Part shown: piece by piece, positions 50,398-59,146 of the stretch
How the letters are laid out: each line of letters begins with the position of its first letter
Position numbering within the stretch: position 1 is the first letter of the stretch
Assembly (NCBI GenBank): GCA_021817165.1
Contig: JAKAVT010000002.1
Location: 43,563-107,562 of the forward strand
DNA: 64,000 nucleotides
DNA from: Nanobdellota archaeon
Lineage (GTDB): Archaea > Nanobdellota > Nanobdellia > Parvarchaeales > Parvarchaeaceae
Direction: 5' to 3'
The notes under the pieces: model-generated
The model's database searches: none
What the model was told of the DNA's origin: nothing
What the model saw: only the letters and a program-made list of their open reading frames with translations
Translations under genes and position numbers: made by a program

Positions 50398-50829
50398 TCA
50401 CTTTTTCGCTATTTCCCTGGCCGCATTGTCGGTGAATGCTATGCCCTTTGCCGTAAGGATTCTTCCAAAGTGATTCTGAACCTTGACTTTTCTTATGAGC
50501 TCCGCCTTTTCCAATTCCTGCAATATGTGCCTTATTATTGCGCCGCTTGCGGGCTTGAAGTGCTTTCCACTGTATCTGTTCTTTTCCTTGTCTCCGTATA
50601 TATTTCTTAAACGGTTTACCCCTATTGGCCTTTTATTAACGTACATTCTTCGCATTATGCTCGCCGCCCTTAGATACCACCAGTTATCCTGCGATGGTAT
50701 CCTGTCCTTTGCTGAGCCGGTCTTTACGAACATTGCCCAATCAGGCTGAGGTGTTAACTTCTCTTCCTCGAGCTTCTTTGCAACCTCATTCACCAGTTTT
50801 ATCTGATTTACGTCGTATCCTCTTATCAT
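50398..50829 (-). CDS. rps19e: 30S ribosomal protein S19e
   Basis: WAMFVKTG, WWYLRAASIMR, SGAIIRHILQELE. Confidence 0.96.
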   Translation of the reverse strand: MIRGYDVNQIKLVNEVAKKLEEEKLTPQPDWAMFVKTGSAKDRIPSQDNWWYLRAASIMRRMYVNKRPIGVNRLRNIYGDKEKNRYSGKHFKPASGAIIRHILQELEKAELIRKVKVQNHFGRILTAKGIAFTDNAAREIAKK

Positions 50830-51106
50830 ATTTTACCTTCCTAACATTTCCACAATTTAAGCATTTATAGGTTAAAAAACCTTGCTTTAATCTTACCCTG
50901 CAATTAACGCCGGGCACAAGTAATTTATTACATCTTCTGCATATTAAAAACCTTTCCTCTTTTGACAATCTTATCTTTTTTGAAGTCAAAATCCTGCGTG
51001 CAATGTACGTGTATCTGTCTGAAAGCTCTTTGTTTTCCCTTGCCATCTTTATCAGCGAATAAAAGTCTCTTCTAAACCTTTTCTCATCGTTCTTGTACAC
51101 CGTCAT
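50786..51106 (-). CDS. rnp4: Ribonuclease P protein component 4 (Rpp21)
   Basis: RYTYIARRI, CRRC..LVPG...RVR...CLNCG zinc ribbon; upstream of rps19e. Confidence 0.9.
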   Translation of the reverse strand: MTVYKNDEKRFRRDFYSLIKMARENKELSDRYTYIARRILTSKKIRLSKEERFLICRRCNKLLVPGVNCRVRLKQGFLTYKCLNCGNVRKVKYDKRIRRKSDKTGE

Positions 51107-51191
51107 GCTATGATAATTGTTCGATTAATATTAATAATGTAAATCTAACGGAAAATAAAAACTTAAAATAATTACAAATTTCCTAGATATC

Positions 51192-51205
51192 GAAAAATTT
51201 ATAAA
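51192..51205 (+). promoter_or_regulatory. BRE/TATA promoter for the acidic micro-ORF
   Basis: GAAAAA-TTTATAAA, about 25 nt upstream of a GC-rich hairpin at 51230. Confidence 0.6.
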
Positions 51206-51270
51206 GGATATATATCTCTTAAAAGTAAAGCGCTGGGGCAGGGGCGCAGAACAAAATCAAGGAGGTTGTT

Positions 51271-51396
51271 ATGGCCAAAAAGAACAAACAGGAAGAAGAC
51301 GATGAAATCATCGAAGAAGACGAACTAGATGGATTGGACGACGAAGATTTGGAAGACGACGATTTGGATGATTCAGACGAAAGCGACACGGAATGA
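51271..51396 (+). CDS. 41-aa highly acidic micro-protein
   Basis: Not in the ORF track. MAKKNKQEEDDEIIEEDELDGLDDEDLEDDDLDDSDESDTE; SD AAGGAGGT just upstream; T-rich tract downstream. Confidence 0.8.
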   Translation: MAKKNKQEEDDEIIEEDELDGLDDEDLEDDDLDDSDESDTE

Positions 51397-51431
51397 ATGA
51401 AGTAAAAAAACGTTATTTTTATATTTTTTAT

Positions 51432-51929
51432 TTAATTTAATTTTCTAAGGACAAGAACAAGATTCTCATTTGCAAATTCTTCCGAGATTATGCTCTGCTT
51501 TTTGTCCCTTCTCACTATTTTAAGATAGATCTTATCGCCATTTTTAGCGCGTACCTCTATTGAGTTTTCCATCTTTTTTATGTCTATGTCTGTCTTGTTT
51601 CTAACGCCTGGAAGAGATATAGCGTGTATTACTGTATCACCGTGCTTAGATATCAGATCTTCAGGCTCTATTACCTCCTTCGCAGGAAAGGCCTGCTTTG
51701 AGCTGCTTTCATGCCTCTGCTTATTTTCCTGCTGCTTATCGGTAAAGATTGAGCCGTTGAATACTCCGTTTAAAACCTGCGGCATTATTTCCTGCACCAT
51801 CTTTGTAACGTCTATATTCAACCCGCTTATGTTTATTCCCTGAGACCTTAATGGCCTGCCACATTTTGGACAGAAACTCCATTCCCTTTCTACAGGCATT
51901 CCACAAAACAGGCATTTTTTCTTCTGCAT
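51432..51929 (-). CDS. Zinc-ribbon protein with C-terminal Hsp20-like domain
   Basis: CLFCG...WSFCPKCG; EPED...ISLPGV...DIDIKKMENSIEVRA. Confidence 0.8.
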   Translation of the reverse strand: MQKKKCLFCGMPVEREWSFCPKCGRPLRSQGINISGLNIDVTKMVQEIMPQVLNGVFNGSIFTDKQQENKQRHESSSKQAFPAKEVIEPEDLISKHGDTVIHAISLPGVRNKTDIDIKKMENSIEVRAKNGDKIYLKIVRRDKKQSIISEEFANENLVLVLRKLN

Positions 51930-52014
51930 AAGTTATTCTCTTGGCTGTGATTGAATATATAATTTGCTGTGTATTTAGGAAAAGGTTAAATTATGGAAGA
52001 ATCTAATAAAATAT

Positions 52015-52236
52015 ATGATAAAATCGCTGTTTTTGATAGGATTGATAGTGTTCCTTATAGGGGGAATCTCTTTCCTCGGTCTGAACATACAGACGGTAAG
52101 CGGATACGTAAACAAGATATTGTCGTTTATCCCTCTGCAGCAGGTGTACACATCGATAATCTTCATAGTGATAGGACTAATACTGATGGGATTGAGCTTC
52201 CATCCGAAGATGGGCAAATACTACAAATATTATTGA
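52015..52236 (+). CDS. Small membrane protein (2 TM)
   Basis: Two hydrophobic helices; abuts the next ORF. Confidence 0.7.
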   Translation: MIKSLFLIGLIVFLIGGISFLGLNIQTVSGYVNKILSFIPLQQVYTSIIFIVIGLILMGLSFHPKMGKYYKYY

Positions 52237-52237
52237 C

Positions 52238-52453
52238 ATGGGATTTGCTGGAACCGGCATAACGAATGACGACGCAGAAGAGATACTGACTTCACTGGTA
52301 AAGGCTTACTCTGCAATTCCTCCCGTAATAAAGCCTTACATACCTCCGTTAGACAGGATATTAAAGGTATTGCCGGATACGGTAAGGAAGTACTCTGTAG
52401 AAGACATAATAAAGCTTTTGGACTGGGCCGCGAAGAACGAGATAGTGATTTAA
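52238..52453 (+). CDS. Hypothetical protein
   Basis: 71-aa ORF starting 1 nt after the previous stop. Confidence 0.65.
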   Translation: MGFAGTGITNDDAEEILTSLVKAYSAIPPVIKPYIPPLDRILKVLPDTVRKYSVEDIIKLLDWAAKNEIVI

Positions 52454-52516
52454 AATCAAAAAGAAGATAAAACACAACGATAGGTTTAAATTCGGATATG
52501 TATTCTATTTAAAGAT

Positions 52517-52927
52517 ATGATAATCGATGGAAAGGACTCCGTGTTGGGAAGGCTTGCAACTTTTGCCGCAAAATCGGCATTGGAAGGGGAAAACGTTGAC
52601 ATAGTAAACGCGAAGGACATAGTGATAGTAGGAAACAAAAACAACATACTTAAAAAATACCTTGAAAGAAGAAGGATAGGAACGATGTCCAAGGGGCCTT
52701 TCTTCCCAAGAGACACAAAAGGGATAGTAAGAAGGGCGCTTAGGGGGATGATAAGAGACAAGAGATACCATGGTAGAGAAGCCTTCAAGAGGATAAAGGT
52801 ATACGAAGCCGTTCCAGAAGAATTAAAAGGCAGGGAAATGGTCAATATAGCAAAGGTAAGAATGGACAAGCCGATACACAAAGTTAAAATAGGAGAGCTT
52901 GCAAATATACTTAAACAGGTAAAGTAA
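52517..52927 (+). CDS. rpl13: 50S ribosomal protein L13
   Basis: IIDGKDSVLGRLA, GPFFPR, RRALRGM. Confidence 0.96.
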   Translation: MIIDGKDSVLGRLATFAAKSALEGENVDIVNAKDIVIVGNKNNILKKYLERRRIGTMSKGPFFPRDTKGIVRRALRGMIRDKRYHGREAFKRIKVYEAVPEELKGREMVNIAKVRMDKPIHKVKIGELANILKQVK

Positions 52928-52928
52928 A

Positions 52929-53324
52929 ATGAAAAAGAACGCAATGATAGTAGCAAAGAGAAAAACCGCAGTTGCAAATGCGACCATAAAGGAAGGAAAG
53001 GGAAACGTATTCATAAACGGAAAGTCACTGGATTCTTTTAACGATAAGCTATTCAGACAGATCGCATCTGAACCGATTGAACTGTCGGACGAGCTTTATA
53101 AAAAATACGACATAGATATAACAATAAATGGCGGCGGACAAAATGCCAGAGCGCAGACCATAAGATCTGCGATAGCCAAGAGCCTGGTTAAAAAAGAAAA
53201 GAGCCTGAGAAAGAAATTCATAGAATATGACAGAACTTTGCTTGTAGACGACAAAAGGCAGACAGAAGCCCAGAAGCCTTACAGAAGTGCGGCAAGGGCG
53301 CTCAAACAGACAAGTTATAGGTGA
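52929..53324 (+). CDS. rps9: 30S ribosomal protein S9
   Basis: KRKTAVA, GGGQNARAQ, YDRTLLVDD, terminal QTSYR. Confidence 0.96.
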   Translation: MKKNAMIVAKRKTAVANATIKEGKGNVFINGKSLDSFNDKLFRQIASEPIELSDELYKKYDIDITINGGGQNARAQTIRSAIAKSLVKKEKSLRKKFIEYDRTLLVDDKRQTEAQKPYRSAARALKQTSYR

Positions 53325-53366
53325 GCAGAAAATGCTTAAATATCGCATATCCTCTTATTTATAACT

Positions 53367-53882
53367 ATGCAAAACGCCAGCAAATTACAGCTCCTCTCTG
53401 CCTTGCTTAAAGAAGGAAACGAGGAAAAAGCGCAGGAAACTCTAGACGAAATATTAATCACAAGGAAGAAAATAAACGGAGATAGTGAGATAAATCACAC
53501 CTTAAAGATATACATTGCTGGCCCATATACACCTAAAAACGCAAGCATGCATGACGCAGCGAAGATTGCGCATGAAAACACTGTAAATGCAATAAATTTT
53601 GGCATTGAAGTAATAGAGAAGGGACATTTGCCATATATACCCCATCTTTCGCACTTCATGCACTTATACGGCAAAAAAACGCTATCCTATAGATATTATA
53701 CTGAAGCAGATATTGAATGGCTGCATAACTGCGATGCCATACTTTATTACGGAAACAAAATAGGACTGTCAAAGGGAGCTGACAACGAGCTTAAAATAGC
53801 TATAGACAGTGGAAAGATGGTGTTTTTCTCCGTCAATGAAATACCAACGTGCAGGGATTCTGCGAAAAGATACGGACTTTAA
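53367..53882 (+). CDS. Nucleoside 2-deoxyribosyltransferase-like (DUF4406-type) protein
   Basis: KIYIAGPY, PYIPH, DIEWLHNCDAI, SKGADNE. Confidence 0.78.
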   Translation: MQNASKLQLLSALLKEGNEEKAQETLDEILITRKKINGDSEINHTLKIYIAGPYTPKNASMHDAAKIAHENTVNAINFGIEVIEKGHLPYIPHLSHFMHLYGKKTLSYRYYTEADIEWLHNCDAILYYGNKIGLSKGADNELKIAIDSGKMVFFSVNEIPTCRDSAKRYGL

Positions 53883-53889
53883 TTTAAGT

Positions 53890-54348
53890 ATGAATGGACA
53901 AAAAGAGATAGTGGAATTCTTTGAATCAAGAGGATTGCTAATAAATTTCATTGAAACGGAAAAAAGCACGGCAAGCTCGCAGGAAGCGGCTTCGGTCATA
54001 GGCTGTAGAATCGACGAAATAGCGAAATCAATAGTATTCGATGTTGAAGGGAAAGCCGCATTGATCCTTTTAGAAGGAGACAAAAAAGTGGACATAGAAA
54101 AGCTGGAAAAGGCACTTGGCTCTAAGGTAAAAAAGGCAGACCCCTCGTTTATTGTACAAAAAACCGGCTTTGAAGCGGGAGGCGTCGCTCCGGTAGTCAA
54201 AGAAAACATGCAGATATTCATAGATAAGGGAGTTATGAAACATGAATTTGTATGGATATCTGCAGGATCCAGAACCGCGGTAATTAAGCTGGATACGAAA
54301 GGACTGGACAAGGCATTAAACGCAGAGATTATTTCGATTTCCTGCTGA
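53890..54348 (+). CDS. YbaK/EbsC family aminoacyl-tRNA deacylase
   Basis: IAKSIVF, TGFEAGGVAP, ISAGS; likely ATG at 53890. Confidence 0.9.
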   Translation: MNGQKEIVEFFESRGLLINFIETEKSTASSQEAASVIGCRIDEIAKSIVFDVEGKAALILLEGDKKVDIEKLEKALGSKVKKADPSFIVQKTGFEAGGVAPVVKENMQIFIDKGVMKHEFVWISAGSRTAVIKLDTKGLDKALNAEIISISC

Positions 54349-54754
54349 ACAGGGAAAAAATGAAAAGGGAAAACGCGAATAATATAAACGCAGTGTCTAC
54401 GTATAGATTTAGCGGCTGGTAATAATTACTCAGGTTATAGTATTGACCGATACTTACCAGGAAGTTAGCCTCATCCGATATAAGGCCGACACCGAAACCG
54501 AAGACGAATGCAGTGAGGGACATTGCCCTGTTATCCCTTCTCAACTTCTCGTCAAGCGCGAAAAACACCAAGCCGCTTACGATTACAAGGATTATGCCAA
54601 GGAATATGTGGTGGAATTTTATCCCGTCATAGCCGAGCCCCAGGTTTCCGCCAAGATAGACGTAAATCCTTGCTATCAATATAGCTAATGCTATCCCGAA
54701 AAGGAGATAAAAAGAGGGCTGTCCCAATATTCTTCTGCTCACATTTTTAGCCAT
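54329..54754 (-). CDS. Membrane protein (4 TM) with HH motif
   Basis: FHHIFLGIILV, GFGVGLISDE. Confidence 0.75.
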   Translation of the reverse strand: MAKNVSRRILGQPSFYLLFGIALAILIARIYVYLGGNLGLGYDGIKFHHIFLGIILVIVSGLVFFALDEKLRRDNRAMSLTAFVFGFGVGLISDEANFLVSIGQYYNLSNYYQPLNLYVDTAFILFAFSLFIFSLFSRKSK

Positions 54755-54800
54755 AAATTTAATATTATTAATATTAACAACTGCTATTTATAAAGAGTAC

Positions 54801-54872
54801 GGGCCGGTGGTCTAATGGCATGACGTCACGTTCGCATCGTGAAGGCTCCGAGTTCAAATCTCGGCCGGTCCA
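54801..54872 (+). tRNA. tRNA-Ala(CGC)
   Basis: GGGCCGG/CCGGTCC with the G3:U70 pair; TCACG-TT-CGC-AT-CGTGA; T loop TTCAAAT. Confidence 0.96.
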
Positions 54873-54915
54873 CGTATACAAACTTGCAAGAAAGTGGTGT
54901 CAAAAGGTATTTTGA

Positions 54916-55929
54916 CTACAAAAATACCCTTTGATGGTTGCCTTTTCCCCATATGATTTTATTTGTAAAGAATAGGGAAATGGCTGAGACCACCACTATT
55001 GAAAAGGTCGATATGATTGAAAAATCAGTCCTTCCAAAAGCAAGCAGGTATTTCGATATAACGCTTATTACGAATATGTCGAACGCCACTACTGCGAGTA
55101 TAAACGCATTGAACTTACCAAAACGGTACGCGGAGCTTAGAAAGCCCTTATTCCTGAAATTAAGCTTTTCATTCACGATGAAGTTTGAAAGTCCGCTTAT
55201 CTCCCCTCCTAAAAGCACTGCCAAAGGATAGAAAAACCCAAGACTTAAGCTTGTGTATACCATCATTAGATTCACAAGGTACGAAAGCGAAGAAATCAAA
55301 CTGTAGTTTATCGAGGTTTTGTTGAAGCTTCTTATGATTGATTCTACCATCTCCGCTAGATCTATCCTTTTATTGTCCCTTCCATACTCTTCTTTTATTA
55401 TTTCGGTAGTGCGTATCCCGTGCGCATTAAGTATGTTTATCGATTCAACGAGAAATGACTTGCCGTTCAGTTTGGTATCTCTAAGAAGCAAAGCGGCTTC
55501 CTTTGTAAGTATCCTGTTGAAAGAGAAGTTATTGTACGAATTGCCAAATGACAACAGATTGGAAACCTCAGTTACAAGCATCTCCCTGAAATTCCTCTTT
55601 CCGGTCTCGATAAGGTTGCCGCCGTTCAAATAGTCAATAAACCACTTTGCGTTAACTGCGGAATAGCTTTCAAACGTTACTATCTTGTCTGCACCTAGAT
55701 TCAATGCTGCAGATAAGCCAAGCCTAAAGCTTTCACCGAAAAACCTCATGTGCGAGAACCTTACAAGAATCAGATTATCCCACCTGCCTTCTTCGGCTTC
55801 GTTGGAATCAAGCAGCACTATTGATGGCCTAGATACAGCTTCGTTCAGTCCGTCTAAAAACTGCATTCTTTGCGCACTCTTTTGGTTTACAAAGGAGGGC
55901 AGAAGGAATGCTATGCTCGGATCTTTCAT
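54916..55929 (-). CDS. Degenerate GT2-like domain fused to GtrA-like membrane domain
   Basis: FFGESFRLGLSAALNLGADKIVTF resembles GT2; C-terminal 4 TM with SNFIVNEKLNF and NKIIW resembles GtrA. Confidence 0.7.
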   Translation of the reverse strand: MKDPSIAFLLPSFVNQKSAQRMQFLDGLNEAVSRPSIVLLDSNEAEEGRWDNLILVRFSHMRFFGESFRLGLSAALNLGADKIVTFESYSAVNAKWFIDYLNGGNLIETGKRNFREMLVTEVSNLLSFGNSYNNFSFNRILTKEAALLLRDTKLNGKSFLVESINILNAHGIRTTEIIKEEYGRDNKRIDLAEMVESIIRSFNKTSINYSLISSLSYLVNLMMVYTSLSLGFFYPLAVLLGGEISGLSNFIVNEKLNFRNKGFLSSAYRFGKFNAFILAVVAFDIFVISVISKYLLAFGRTDFSIISTFSIVVVSAISLFFTNKIIWGKGNHQRVFL

Positions 55930-56002
55930 TAATAAATAAACACAGTGTAATATATTTAAGCTTAAGTTTCTACCTTTAAAAGGTAACTTGTTCGGATTTT
56001 GT

Positions 56003-56995
56003 TTAAATATCTGTAAATTTTACAAGTATCCCGCCGAATGAGTTCAACTGGCTTAACGACTCGTCGGTTTCATCGAATAAAACGATCTCGCAGCCAAGAC
56101 TATCTAGTTTTTCTAGTATTTCCCTATTATTAAGTACGTATTCTTTTGACAACAACGCCTGTAGGGGCCTTTTCTCTGTTAATGTCCCTGTTATTTCTTC
56201 CTTACCGTATACGTAGCGTTTGTCGTCTTTCGATATCCCGGAAAGGTACTCATTCATAAGCTTCCTTTGAATGGAAAGCCTTGCCTTGCCAAGCGCATCG
56301 TTTATGCTGTCCCTCGACAAAAGCTCCTTTAAACCAGTATCGGCGTACGAAACGTTCTCATATACGATTTCCTTTCCTTTGAGGTAATTTTTCCGAAGGT
56401 CATCGTTGTCCATAGCCTTACCTGCCACTATAAAAGCGCTGTATCCCTTTGAGTATTGCTCCGAAAGCAGAGCTGCCAGTTTCGTGAAAAACTCCTTTCT
56501 GCTTTCATTCCTGAATCTTTTGCCGCTTACTGCCATCTTGAAGTCCATCTTCCGCTTTATGCGGTAATTAGACATGACGTAGAAAAAGGCCATGCCTTCT
56601 TCATAAACGCAGATGAATACCCTGGGAGAGGTTTGCGCCGCCTGTTTCAGCAGCTTGATCTGGAAATTAAGCAGCCTGCCTTTTTTCAGCGTAAAGCCAG
56701 TCCCCTTCTTTATTGCTATGGTATGGTACTTGTGCAAAGGCACCTTTTCATCCGACGAATAAGTAATCCTGCCGCTTACATCCAGTGACGTTTCCGTCAA
56801 TCCCATTTTTTCCACGATTATGGCTATCTTTACCGTCTTTATTTCCTGCGATTTGCCGACTACCACCTTTCTTCTGGAATAAGCCGTCAATTCATCCCCC
56901 TTTTCAAGCACGTATTGCAGGAAGACAAGATCGCTGTACGATTTTACTATTGCCTTTACAATGTTGTTTTTACCGTCCAATTTTGCTATTTTCAT
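56003..56995 (-). CDS. pelA: Pelota/Dom34 ribosome rescue factor (divergent)
   Basis: DLVFLQYVLEKGD...SRR, VSGRI, KYHTI, YVYG, QLNSFGGI. Confidence 0.88.
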   Translation of the reverse strand: MKIAKLDGKNNIVKAIVKSYSDLVFLQYVLEKGDELTAYSRRKVVVGKSQEIKTVKIAIIVEKMGLTETSLDVSGRITYSSDEKVPLHKYHTIAIKKGTGFTLKKGRLLNFQIKLLKQAAQTSPRVFICVYEEGMAFFYVMSNYRIKRKMDFKMAVSGKRFRNESRKEFFTKLAALLSEQYSKGYSAFIVAGKAMDNDDLRKNYLKGKEIVYENVSYADTGLKELLSRDSINDALGKARLSIQRKLMNEYLSGISKDDKRYVYGKEEITGTLTEKRPLQALLSKEYVLNNREILEKLDSLGCEIVLFDETDESLSQLNSFGGILVKFTDI

Positions 56996-58101
56996 ATCAC
57001 CGAATAAACCGTATAAATCAGGCCGAAAAGCATTATGGCGAACGTAAATGCTATAAGATAAATGCCCCCTGGAACCAAGTATTTGATTCTTTTGACGTCT
57101 TTCCTTTTCCTTTCCAGAAAAACCGCAAATAATACCATTATGGCAAGCAGAGAAATGAAGATTCCGCCGGTTATGTCGAGTATATTCTCGAAATTGAAGC
57201 CTAGAAATGCTATCGCGAACGGGGCCGCCAGCGACAGAAACATGCTCGGCTTCCTTCCTATCCCAAAATCGTATGTGAATGAATCGGCTAGGACAAGGCT
57301 AAGGGCCACGTAAGGGGTCAACAGCAGAAACAGCGTTGTAAACGAAAACAGCACTTCATAATAAATTGAATGCACTCCGTCGGTTGCAACTGCGGAAACC
57401 GAAGGCCCAAATGCCCCTACAAAAGCAAACGTGAAAAAAACGTAAAGCAGGATGGAAATAATGTAAGAAAAAATGATTACGCTTGTAAGTTTCTTTATCC
57501 CTCCCAGCTCTTCCTTCACTTCAGGTATGACGGTATAGCCAGTCAGCGAGAAAAGTATTATCCCGAAAGGACCGAAAAACCCGCTTATGTTGTACATATA
57601 AAAGTTAGCAGTCCTTACCATTGTGAAAATTGACAAAGCTGCTGCAGCTATAAGCGCTATCTTTATGAAAAGCATGGGCGTTTCTGCGTCCTCCACGAAC
57701 CTGTAGCCTTTGTATATCAGTGGAAGCGTCAAAAGAAACACCAAAAGAACGGAAACGGCGTAGGGAAGATGAAAAAGAAACACCATTACCAAAGCTATGC
57801 CGGTAAGATAGGCTATCTGTGCACCGTAAATCGTAAGAATCTGGAAGATCAAGATCAAAACCCTAAGCCTCTTCCCCGTGTACTTGCTTATTATTATTGG
57901 CAGCTGATGAAGTTTCTTGAAATGGCTTGACAGCTCTCCAGTATACATGGTTATGAGTATGGATGCAAACCCGATAAGAAGAAGCAGCGCTATGCCTTCA
58001 AAAAATCCGCTTTTTTCTATGGCATAAGGCAGCGCCAATACTCCGCCTCCGACTATCGTTCCTACAGTCGTGCTTAATGCTGCAAGATATTTCAGGTTCA
58101 T
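56992..58101 (-). CDS. Aromatic amino acid/APC-type permease
   Basis: GTIVGGGVLALPY, FGIILFSLTGYTVIPEV; about 11 TM. Confidence 0.9.
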   Translation of the reverse strand: MNLKYLAALSTTVGTIVGGGVLALPYAIEKSGFFEGIALLLLIGFASILITMYTGELSSHFKKLHQLPIIISKYTGKRLRVLILIFQILTIYGAQIAYLTGIALVMVFLFHLPYAVSVLLVFLLTLPLIYKGYRFVEDAETPMLFIKIALIAAAALSIFTMVRTANFYMYNISGFFGPFGIILFSLTGYTVIPEVKEELGGIKKLTSVIIFSYIISILLYVFFTFAFVGAFGPSVSAVATDGVHSIYYEVLFSFTTLFLLLTPYVALSLVLADSFTYDFGIGRKPSMFLSLAAPFAIAFLGFNFENILDITGGIFISLLAIMVLFAVFLERKRKDVKRIKYLVPGGIYLIAFTFAIMLFGLIYTVYSVI

Positions 58102-58192
58102 AGATTTAATAGTTTATTAAGACTAATATATTTGGTGTTTGATGAATTATGCTATAATTTATTAATACGAGCACTTTAATACTAGTTATGCT

Positions 58193-58265
58193 GCTCTCGT
58201 AGTCTAGCGGCCAAGGACGGTGGCCTCTCGAGTCATCGACCCGGGTTCAAATCCCGGCGGGAGCA
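58193..58265 (+). tRNA. tRNA-Glu(CTC)
   Basis: GCTCTCG/CGGGAGC acceptor; GTGGC-CT-CTC-GA-GTCAT; CCGGG-TTCAAAT-CCCGG. Confidence 0.96.
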
Positions 58266-58349
58266 TTTTTATCAAAATAATATACCGTAAATCCTAGAAA
58301 GACTTTTAATAGTAGATATTTGCAGCAAAATTACGTTTGGAAATGCTGT

Positions 58350-58985
58350 CTATTTCTTTGCGTACTTGTCCAGTATCTTTATCACCTGCTGATCTTCTGA
58401 CTGCTCAAAATTCTCGTAAAACTCCCCTATTGCATACAATGTTTCCGGAATCTCGGCTGCTATGACGTCATCGGCCTCTTTCTTCAGCGATTCAATGGAA
58501 TCCTTTTGCGCAACACCGGCTGCAATCACGATTTTAGCAGGTCCCTTTTTCGTTATGTATCTTATCGCACACAGCATGGAAAGGCCAGTAGCCATTCCGT
58601 CGTCCACTATTATCACGGTCTTTCCTTTTACATCCTCCTCTAAACGATCTTCCATGTATATTTTTGATCTCCTCCTTATTTCCTTAAGTTTTTCCTCCCT
58701 ATTCTTCTCAATGTAATCCTTCGGGATTCTCAGCTCGCTTATCATTCTCTCGTCAAGTACTGTTGTGCCGTCCTCGGCTACGCATCCTATGGACAGCTCA
58801 TCCTCGTATGGTGCGCTTATCTTTTTGTTTATTAGAAGCCCCATCTTGAAACCAAGAGTACTGCATATCTCGTCGGCAACAACGACCCCTCCTCTAGGTA
58901 TAGCGAGAACTATGCAGTCCTCCCCTTTATACTTCATGAGAAGAGAAGCCAGTTTCTTTCCTGCATCCACTCTGTCATGTAACAT
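58350..58985 (-). CDS. Phosphoribosyltransferase family protein
   Basis: DRVDAG, LAIPRGGV, VIIVDDGMATG PRPP loop, AIGEFY. Confidence 0.92.
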   Translation of the reverse strand: MLHDRVDAGKKLASLLMKYKGEDCIVLAIPRGGVVVADEICSTLGFKMGLLINKKISAPYEDELSIGCVAEDGTTVLDERMISELRIPKDYIEKNREEKLKEIRRRSKIYMEDRLEEDVKGKTVIIVDDGMATGLSMLCAIRYITKKGPAKIVIAAGVAQKDSIESLKKEADDVIAAEIPETLYAIGEFYENFEQSEDQQVIKILDKYAKK

Positions 58986-59146
58986 ATTAAAATACTGTCA
59001 GTTTATAGATTAAAAATTAAATTTTATTATATGCAGAAAAACGCTTGAGAACCGGATTTTTATCCTGCATACGCCAAAGGTAACTGCCGATGGCTAGAGA
59101 ACAAAAAAACAAAAACGTTTTTATCCTCTATTGGTGTTATGTTGCT

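Noticed and set aside
51993-52262. 89-aa ORF overlapping the 52015-52236 membrane ORF
   Set aside because: The alternative frame gives a coherent two-TM protein that abuts the next gene; this frame overlaps both genes.
16189-58265. Split, permuted or intron-containing tRNAs; att duplications of tRNA 3' ends
   Set aside because: All five tRNAs fold as contiguous 72-74 nt cloverleaves, and no second copy of any 3' end was spotted by eye.
35853-58985. Functional link between the erythromycin esterase and the PRTase (these domains are fused in some bacteria)
   Set aside because: They are 21 kb apart in different contexts, with no sequence evidence of linkage.
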